From: Anaerolineales bacterium
GTDB lineage: Bacteria; Chloroflexota; Anaerolineae; Aggregatilineales; J027
Assembly (NCBI GenBank): GCA_020634155.1
Contig: JACKCI010000001.1
Span: forward strand, 907,768 to 971,767
Length of the DNA: 64,000 bases
Reading direction: 5' to 3'
Part shown: positions 54,227 through 62,600 of the stretch, piece by piece
Layout of the letters: each line of letters opens with the position of its first letter
How positions within the stretch are numbered: position 1 is the stretch's first letter
The notes under the pieces: model-generated
Told to the model about the DNA's origin: nothing
Database searches by the model: none
Seen by the model: only the letters and a program-made list of their open reading frames with translations
Program-made: the position numbers and the translations under genes

Positions 54227-56434
54227 CTATTGCGTAGTAACCGTCTGGACACCGTAGACATCGCTCCGAACCCACAACGTATAATGCAAATCAGGTGTTG
54301 GCTCAAAACGGGTCTGGCGGGTAAACAACCACGACCCGAAATCTGTCCAGTTCAATTCCGATAGTGACCACTGGGTATTCAATATAAAGTCCTGCCCCAC
54401 ATAATCTGCGCCCAACGCAACAGGCACTTGATCATAAGGCGTGATAACAGCAGCGGTAATGGTCTCAATACCCACACCCTCAACATAGGTTGTGTTGGGG
54501 AACTCACGCAGCAACCATGCCAACGCCCCATCGTCCGGCCCCTGCACTGTAATTGTCAGGCGGTCACGGGTGCCATTCTCAAAACGCGACATCTGCTCTA
54601 AGGTCTCAACCAGTCGGTGCGATTTTTCGAGCATCGGGGCTTGGTTCCAAAGCTCACGTGGGTCATCGCCAAAAGTATGACTCGCCTGCCACCCTAGCCC
54701 TAAGCCATAGACCATGCAATAGCCAAGTAGCCCTAGGCCCAAACCACGCCATGCGGCCCGTGTCCCCCACAGACTCCCCACTAGAAAATAGACTATCACC
54801 ATCAGCATCACCAAGAAAACCATTACCATCAGATTCAAAGGTGATTTGGCATAAGTTGAGACAAAACGGGTCAGAAGCCGAAACTCTGGAATATCAAGTT
54901 GGTAGCCGGGTAGGACATTGCCGATAATTCCGTGCTCCTCAACATCACCCGCATAAGGCAACACCATATATTGCCCGCGTTGGTCACCTGTCCCTGTAAT
55001 CTTAAGGAAATAACTACCAGCGCGGGGAAACGTGATTGGTTGCACCAAACCACGTCGCCCATCAGTATAGGTAAATGGCCCAGCGAGGAACCCATCGGGC
55101 GAATCAATCAACACAATAGGGTTAACACTGCTGTCAAGTTCTCGGATTTGAAAAACCAGCGTAGTGGGTTCGGGCACATACAACTCAAAGGTCGAAGTTG
55201 GATTGTTCAGGTCGTAGGTACCAATACGAGCGCTATTACTGAGGACAGTGGTATCTACAAAGTGGTTGTAAACCGGGCGGGTTTGGCCTTGCAGAATGCC
55301 AGAAATATTGGTGGCATTTATCGCCAAGGATGTAAGGAGTACCATCATCGTCACTGCATGGAGGGCTATCCCCCATGAGGGTACCACCCAATAGCCTGTC
55401 GATGGATTCCGCAGCATTTGAGCTGCCAGAAGCGCCGTTAAGCCCGCCGCAGGGATAACAACCCACAATGCTGCATCTGGTGTAGGATTGGCATACAAAA
55501 TGCTGACCACCAAACTCCACACGAACCAACCAACCAGCACATCTGCTAAGAAGTTGCGTTGCAGAGTGAATATCGCAATTAGCCCAAATAGTACCAGCCC
55601 AAAGTCATAGCGTAGCGCTACCCAAAAAGCATAGGCAAAGGGCGTTCCGTCAGGACGTTCAAACAGCCCTAGGAACAGCCAATAGAGGGTACTACCCGCT
55701 GACGTTAGACCCGATGGAGCCATCATAAAGCCTGTGCCGACAATTACAATCACGCCTAAAGCCGCCATCAAGCCTTCACCCCAAGGCCACTGTTTCAATA
55801 TGGCTCCAATCTTTACCGGGGGATTGGCCCGCCAGAGAGCCGTTGCTAATCCTACTATGATACCAAACAGAGTGATTGCGCCAGTAGGTTCGGTCAATAC
55901 CAAGATGACAGCGCCCGCGCAGGTGGCAGTAATGGCAAAGGCATTGCGTCCAGTCTCAGCATAGCGTCGAACAGCCCATACCATCACAAACACAATCGCC
56001 ATTGTCCACGTCACAGCCCCCATCATACGTGAGGCGGTCAACGCTACGGGGGAGATTGCCAGCAGGGTCGCCATGAGCAATGCCGATGTCTTACCCATTG
56101 ACTCACGCCATAGCAATGGCCCCAAGACCAACAGTGTTCCAACAATTGCGGTTGGGATACGGGCGTTGGTCGCACTCGGCGCAGAGATGAAAAACGTGAC
56201 TTGATTGGCAAAAGCCATCAAAGGGTTGTGTGCAACAGCCGATTCAACACCGCGCACCGATTGCAGCGCTGCTAGTGCTTCGGTCGCACTCCGTGCATCT
56301 AATGGCACATCACCCAATGAAATCACACGCATAGCAAAAGCCAATACCAATAACCCGATATAGGCTAAGGTCTCTACCCGAATACCCAGCCGAAAAGTGG
56401 GTGTTTCTTGGGCGTGTTCGTAAGCCATTTCCAT
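54227..56434 (-). CDS. Polytopic membrane protein, GT-C-like; homologous to the N-terminal domain of the 48242..53059 protein (TIGR03663-like companion family)
   Basis: 735 aa; its N-terminal 150 aa align with the giant protein (NPLMAFANQVTFFISAPSATNARIPTAIVGTLLVLGPLLWR versus HGPLLFHATAFFYFLFGPSDFSARIYPALLGVALVMFPLLFRR); about 14 TM helices; an extracytoplasmic beta-rich insert. Confidence 0.6.
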   Translation of the reverse strand: MEMAYEHAQETPTFRLGIRVETLAYIGLLVLAFAMRVISLGDVPLDARSATEALAALQSVRGVESAVAHNPLMAFANQVTFFISAPSATNARIPTAIVGTLLVLGPLLWRESMGKTSALLMATLLAISPVALTASRMMGAVTWTMAIVFVMVWAVRRYAETGRNAFAITATCAGAVILVLTEPTGAITLFGIIVGLATALWRANPPVKIGAILKQWPWGEGLMAALGVIVIVGTGFMMAPSGLTSAGSTLYWLFLGLFERPDGTPFAYAFWVALRYDFGLVLFGLIAIFTLQRNFLADVLVGWFVWSLVVSILYANPTPDAALWVVIPAAGLTALLAAQMLRNPSTGYWVVPSWGIALHAVTMMVLLTSLAINATNISGILQGQTRPVYNHFVDTTVLSNSARIGTYDLNNPTSTFELYVPEPTTLVFQIRELDSSVNPIVLIDSPDGFLAGPFTYTDGRRGLVQPITFPRAGSYFLKITGTGDQRGQYMVLPYAGDVEEHGIIGNVLPGYQLDIPEFRLLTRFVSTYAKSPLNLMVMVFLVMLMVIVYFLVGSLWGTRAAWRGLGLGLLGYCMVYGLGLGWQASHTFGDDPRELWNQAPMLEKSHRLVETLEQMSRFENGTRDRLTITVQGPDDGALAWLLREFPNTTYVEGVGIETITAAVITPYDQVPVALGADYVGQDFILNTQWSLSELNWTDFGSWLFTRQTRFEPTPDLHYTLWVRSDVYGVQTVTTQ

Positions 56435-56446
56435 GAAATTCGTCCT

Positions 56447-59400
56447 TTATTCAGGCCGGATACGATAAACAGCCACATCCCCATAATGACATACGGGGTC
56501 AAGCAGTTGGGCAAACTTACTGAGGCCGGGTGAGTCTAGACCATCGCTGCCACCATAACGCCGTATCTCGGAGACCCCCACTACGACATAATCCACCCCA
56601 TAAGGTGCGATTATTTGCTTGGCTTCGTTCCACTGATCAGCAGGCATACGATAAAACAAATCAATATCAGAAGCACGAGCATCGGCATGAATCACGGTAC
56701 TATAATCCTCACCACGCCATTGTCGCTCATGGTTATCCCAACCGAGCAAGGTCGGAATGCCTGTGTACATACTAAAACGGCCAAGTTCAGGGGTATAGGC
56801 TCCACCACTAGCCTCTACCAACACCGCATCCGATTTATACGGCTCCAAGTCAGCAAGGCACTGCATCGCCTTGAACTCATCTTCGCTAATCGGCCATGAC
56901 CGCCCAGCCCACACAAAAGTCGAGGAGCCATCGAGTGTAATGGGTGCCTCTTCACGGCACAACTCCCCTTCGCAAGCTCGCGCTTGGGGACGGCTCATCT
57001 CATACAGGAAGCGGCTAGGGATTGCATAGTAGGGATAGAGCAAAACACTAAACAAAACGATGGCCGCCAGTCCACCATAGGCGACATAGCCTACCCGCCA
57101 CTGGCGAGATGGTGGGGACACTTCACTATGGAGACGTTCAGGGCCACGCAATACCGCATAAACTGCATAGGCGGCGCTAATTGATAGCAATGACCACGCT
57201 TGATAATAGAGCTTGAACACGGTATTAATGCGGCTACTGAAGTTATCTCGCAAGTACATGAAATCTGGCATCAGGACGGCTAAGACGCCTGCCCCTATCA
57301 AAAGTAAAGCTGCACCTGTATTGGGGCTAAAGCCAACTGCTGAATCCTGCTGACGCCCCCCACGTGTAAACAGGCGCATCGCCACCACACCTGCCAATAA
57401 AAGCAATATCGCTTCGCTTCCAATAGCCGTCGTGCGCCGCATAATCACACGCCGCGCCATCGCTACCGACGATTCACCATCTAGCACGCCACCTAATAGC
57501 GATGATCGTGCAGTACAAGCCCATTCTGAGAAGCTATCGACCTGCCCCGGCTTCTCACCAAGGGCGGGGCATTGCCAGTTAATAAACACAGTAGAGATTG
57601 TTGGCACCAAGAACATCATCAATAAGCCAATCAGCACAATGCTAATGACCCCTGTCCAGTTGAGTCGGTGCCGTACTCGCCACGCTTGCCCCAGCACAAA
57701 AGGTGCAATCAAAAGGATAAAAGCGCCGAATTGCAGAAAAGCCTGCTGAGTACGGGTAGGATGAATGATATTGGGGAAAAAGCCATTGGCTTGGCTGGCA
57801 AAACTCTCTAACCATAAGAAGTAAAAGCCGTAGAACGTCAGGAAGAGGACAGCACCAAAGCGCCCAACGTGGCTCCAGTCAGTATCGTCCAAGAGCCAAT
57901 TGACCAACAACGTTGCGGGTATCGACACAAACAGCGCCAACACCATTTGCAACACAAAACGCACCAACGGCACAGTATCAAGGCCAGCAGGCAGGTTATT
58001 CGTCAAACTGAGGTCAATCCCACGCTGGCTCAGGAAAAACAAGACCACAATATATACAGGGCCGATTAGCCAGCGATTGAGGTCAGACCGCCGCCGCAAG
58101 GTGAGTGTATCAACAAACTCAGCCCATCCTGTCAGGCTACCTGTGCCGTTACGAGATAAGCGTCGCACTGCCTCTGCTGCAACCACCACCAACAGATATA
58201 CGGCATCCCACGCATTGGCAAAAATCATGCCACCGATAAAGATGCCATAGATAATCATCTCCCAATACTGGAGAGGTGTGGGGCGTAAGACCAATGCCAC
58301 GGCCAAGCCAATCACCAATACGGTGAAGGGTAAGCCAAGGACATGTGGGTGATTGTCCGACAGGATAAAACTAAACTGAGGGATTTCAGCAATTGGTTTC
58401 GGTTCAAAATGATTGCCAGACAGATCACGGTCACGCACAAGACGACTATGGGCGAACCACCACCAGTAATCCCAACCCAGTGGTTGGGGGTCATCATCCC
58501 AACTCGGAATTCCATCGTTATCCGGATCAGGCAAGGCTTGGTAATTTTCCATTAGGGGGCTATTAGGGTCAAGCCGTACAACCTCGTCGCTTTTATAAAT
58601 ATCCAGATTGCGCGTACCGTCAGCATTACGTCCCCCATCGGTATAAAAAGGGCCAGCCCGTCCATGCACATCCCAGAAGTTAAAATAATCGTCGCTGACA
58701 ATCTGATTCACAATTGGGATATTGGAGGTATAGCCACGAAATGGCAACTCAACTAATACTGTCCCCAGATGCCCACCCAGCGCCAAGAAAACCGCCGCTA
58801 ATAAGCCAATCCCTAGGCCAACTTCAATACCCCCTGTGCGCCAGCGTTGCAATGGGCCGGCAGAGCAAACAAGGTTATAGCCGACCCCGAAGGCCGTGGT
58901 CATCGTTAAGGCAAAAAGCAAAGCATCAATCAAATTGAAGGCCATACCAGTGGTGACATTGCTTAAGTCAGCCAAGCCTGCTGCCAACACATATCCAAAG
59001 TAGTAGTAACTGATGGCGTAACCCGAAAGCCAAGGGTCTTTAGGAGGAAAGGTCAACGAATTGCGAATGCCATTGATGAAGGCCATCTCCATTGGCTTCT
59101 CGGTGGAGGTCAATTCGGGATTATGAGCTTGCATATAAGCCCAAGCCACAAACGTCACGGCAAACAACAATTCCGTGACGATAATCAATGGGGACTGCTC
59201 AATCAGCCACTGGCGTAATTCCTTGAATGTTGGACGTTGCGACCAGCGTACCCAAACCCATAGGCTTGCAATCAGCACTAAGAACCACGCAAAGGCCATC
59301 GCGCCGGGGTCGTTTTGTAGCAAGCCAATACTGGCTAGGAGCCAGAAGACCGCCCCCACAAGCAGCAGCCCTGCCGCCCGTGCCATCGCATAGCCGCGAT

Positions 59401-59599
59401 CCGCCAAACCGGACAGCAACCGGAATAGCAGAGGCAACACAGCCCAACCAGCCATTGTGGTAAGCAACCACCATGAAAACACATAGCGGCCCTCGTTAGT
59501 CAACCACTCTCGCGCCAATTCAAGTGGAGAGAGTGAGAATATCGCCCCCCCAAAGCCGATTATCGGCACGACCCAAAGCAAACTTAACCATCGTCGCAT
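56447..59599 (-). CDS. Chlor_Arch_YYY (DUF2298) family integral membrane protein
   Basis: 1050 aa; hallmark YYYxGY motif in context KPMEMAFINGIRNSLTFPPKDPWLSGYAISYYYFGYVL; more than 20 TM helices; C-terminal extracytoplasmic domain of about 200 aa shared with the upstream paralog. Confidence 0.75.
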   Translation of the reverse strand: MRRWLSLLWVVPIIGFGGAIFSLSPLELAREWLTNEGRYVFSWWLLTTMAGWAVLPLLFRLLSGLADRGYAMARAAGLLLVGAVFWLLASIGLLQNDPGAMAFAWFLVLIASLWVWVRWSQRPTFKELRQWLIEQSPLIIVTELLFAVTFVAWAYMQAHNPELTSTEKPMEMAFINGIRNSLTFPPKDPWLSGYAISYYYFGYVLAAGLADLSNVTTGMAFNLIDALLFALTMTTAFGVGYNLVCSAGPLQRWRTGGIEVGLGIGLLAAVFLALGGHLGTVLVELPFRGYTSNIPIVNQIVSDDYFNFWDVHGRAGPFYTDGGRNADGTRNLDIYKSDEVVRLDPNSPLMENYQALPDPDNDGIPSWDDDPQPLGWDYWWWFAHSRLVRDRDLSGNHFEPKPIAEIPQFSFILSDNHPHVLGLPFTVLVIGLAVALVLRPTPLQYWEMIIYGIFIGGMIFANAWDAVYLLVVVAAEAVRRLSRNGTGSLTGWAEFVDTLTLRRRSDLNRWLIGPVYIVVLFFLSQRGIDLSLTNNLPAGLDTVPLVRFVLQMVLALFVSIPATLLVNWLLDDTDWSHVGRFGAVLFLTFYGFYFLWLESFASQANGFFPNIIHPTRTQQAFLQFGAFILLIAPFVLGQAWRVRHRLNWTGVISIVLIGLLMMFLVPTISTVFINWQCPALGEKPGQVDSFSEWACTARSSLLGGVLDGESSVAMARRVIMRRTTAIGSEAILLLLAGVVAMRLFTRGGRQQDSAVGFSPNTGAALLLIGAGVLAVLMPDFMYLRDNFSSRINTVFKLYYQAWSLLSISAAYAVYAVLRGPERLHSEVSPPSRQWRVGYVAYGGLAAIVLFSVLLYPYYAIPSRFLYEMSRPQARACEGELCREEAPITLDGSSTFVWAGRSWPISEDEFKAMQCLADLEPYKSDAVLVEASGGAYTPELGRFSMYTGIPTLLGWDNHERQWRGEDYSTVIHADARASDIDLFYRMPADQWNEAKQIIAPYGVDYVVVGVSEIRRYGGSDGLDSPGLSKFAQLLDPVCHYGDVAVYRIRPE

Positions 59600-59602
59600 A
59601 AG

Positions 59603-62600
59603 TTAGGGAACCTGTACTACTTGTTGTGGATAATCAACATTCGGCACCACCTGATAAATCACATCGGTACTGATGCGGTCTGGTGGGCAATCTTGCACGG
59701 TAAAGATATTGGGATGCACGCAGACCTGCTGTTCATAGGCTCGCGTCAATAGCCCCATCTCCACCATATCATCGAACTTCGCCAAGCCTGCTGACAGGTT
59801 TTGGCGGAAGACTGATGGGTCTGCGGCGGGGTCTGCCTCTTTAATATCCTCGTAAATAATACGCTCGAAGGTGCCAACAATGACATACTCGACATCGTAA
59901 TAGTCAATCATTGACCACGCCTCGGCAATATCAGGAGTGGTGTAGAAAGTACGGATATTTTGCAGACGATCATTCAACAGGCGGTCTAGCCCATCCAGAT
60001 TACGCTGCTGACTCTGATGGAAACGCCAACCAAGGATAGTTGGCAGGCCAGTTTGAATAGCAATCCGCGAACTCCATGAATATTCAGTGTGTTGGCCTTC
60101 AATAATGGTTGGTGTACCTTGCACATTATCCTCTAGCCAGTGAATCATCTGGTAATCGCCATTGAGGTTGAACCAAACACCCGGAGTCGGGCCACCACCG
60201 TCAGGGTCTTCACCATGCGGAGCCACTTGCATAAAAGCAGTGCCGTCCAGTGTCAGCGGTGTTTCAGCCTTATTGAAGCGGTCAACGAAACGACCTTGGG
60301 TGGCGGTAATGGGATAGAGCAAAGCGATACTGAGCAAAATAGCCAGCACCATCTGCCAAACCCCACTCAGGGCAGGTCGCCAGCGTGCCGCAGAACGCAA
60401 CATCCACGCCAAACTCACGCCACTGGCAATACTAAGAAGAAGCCACACTTGGATATAGAACTTGAAGACTGTGTTCTGACGCCCAATGTCGCCACGCAGC
60501 ACAAAGTATTCGACTGCCATTGATAGGCCCAAGGCCAGCCCCGCTAATATATACACCCAGCGCTCCACATGGCTTTGGTCAGGCAAGAGAAACAGAACCG
60601 CCAGCCAAATGAACATCGGCAGCGCCACCCAATACACCGGATAGTCTAGACCCAGCACAATCGTAATCAGCACCGTCGCAGGAATAAGGCCGACCACCGC
60701 CAAGAACGGCACCCCGTATGAGCGTATATCCGCAACACGATGCCGCCGCAACCAGCGGGCTGTCTGCCAAACCAGCATACTACCGATGATGAAGATAAAG
60801 ACACCATGTATGTCCAAATAGGCCCAAAGCGGAGTGCGGTCATTCTGCCATTTCAGAATCTCACCATAGGCGGTAGCAAAATAACTGCTAAAGGGCCATA
60901 TCGCCACAAAACTTATCACGCCAAAACCAAGCAGCCGTGCCACCCACGCAAGAATCGCCTCACGGTTGAAGCGATTACCCAAGAGCAACAAACCCGCAGC
61001 ATAGAGCGCAACCACCACGGCCAACAAACCAACACCCCACACCGTTGTTTCACCAATTGAGAAGTAGGGTTTGAGTTTACCTTCGCAAAGAGGGGATAAA
61101 GTTAGGGGATCAACCGTGCGGGCGTCAATCTCCGTGCAAAAGGCCGGAATCTGGCCCGCCGTGAGTTGGTTGTCATATTGGCGTGTTTCATATAAATACA
61201 ACCCACCGCGCAACATCATCCCCAAGGGCAACGCCAGCAGCAAAGGCCACAGCATCATGACATAACGTACATCAAGGAAGCGCAACAGGCGTTGATAGAG
61301 TGAAACAGGCGGCACATCTTGACGCAAGCGTCCCTGCCCGATCCATGCCGCATAGGTAAGCCCCACCACACTCAAAACCATGTAAGTGGGCCAATCCCAT
61401 GTATTGGTAGGGCGCAATAGGCCCGCGGTCATGCCACCAATCGCCAAAGCCAGCCCCGCAGCCCAAATAGGCCGTAGACGCCGCCCTGCCCCCAAAATCT
61501 CCGCTGTCAGCCACAAAATCACCAATAGAGTCAAGGGCATTGCCATCATGTGAGCATGCATATCACCATAAAGGAAGGTGAAGTAGGGCATCTCAGCAAT
61601 AGCATTATGCCCACGTCCATTATCGAGTTCCGCAATCACGCGTGTTGGTGCCCAATACCAACGGTGGGCTGGGACAGATAAAGGGCGTTCACCACTCACG
61701 ACTCGCTTAAAACCACGCGCCATTGCTGCGAACCATTCCCTCGACTGCGTAAAATATGAGACACCCGCATCGGCTTCAATTTGGGCTAGTTCGGTATCAC
61801 TCGGAAACCGCCCGTTCTCATTTTGAAAGACCCAAATTGCGGTATCAATGTTCGATTGGCGCAAAACGGAAGAGGGTGTGTAATCGCCCGCTTGGGCAAT
61901 CCCATTGGCAAAAACCCGCACGGTGTCTAAATTGCCTAAAACCGCCGCCAGCAGCAAGGCAATAATCCCCGCCACATAGGGACTAGCCGAAGGGCCGGGA
62001 TATTCGGTCTCACGCGCCGAAGATTGATGGGTCAAATGCCGACGCTCATTCGTCCATGCCACTAAGTTATAAGCGACACTAAAGGCTCCCATCCCTGTCA
62101 TCGAAAACAGGGTCGGCAATAACAAGTTATAGGCAAGGCTTGGCGGCACACCCAGCAGCTTGGTTGGCGCACCAACCAACACATATCCCCAATAGTAATA
62201 ATTGATATAGCCATTCGCATACCAAGGGTCGATAGGCGGGAAGATGGTACTCCGCAACACCCCATTAAAATAGGCCATATTCATAGGCTTTTCGCCACCA
62301 AAAGAGCCATGCCACAGATCAGGGTTACCCAAGCGCACCCCTAGAAAAAACAGGAACATGGCAAGGGCAATGCCTTCAATAATCAGCAAATGCCGCCACT
62401 TGGCTCGTATAAAAGCCATTAACTGCTGACGGCGTACAAAAGCGATGACACCATTGATCAATGTTAGGCCCAGCAGCAGACCAGTCAAGCCTTGTTGTGA
62501 CCATAATGGCAGGGTTAGCGTGCTGCCAAACCATGCCACCCATGCGACCAATAACCACGCCATCAGCTTACCCACCGCAAACCCTCGGTCAGGAAGGCCA

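Noticed and set aside
54202-54300. ECF-type (AAC-N16-CGT) autoregulatory promoter upstream of the sigma gene
   Set aside because: Candidate matches (e.g. GGTTC…TCCAGAC) were too degenerate to call without a scoring model.
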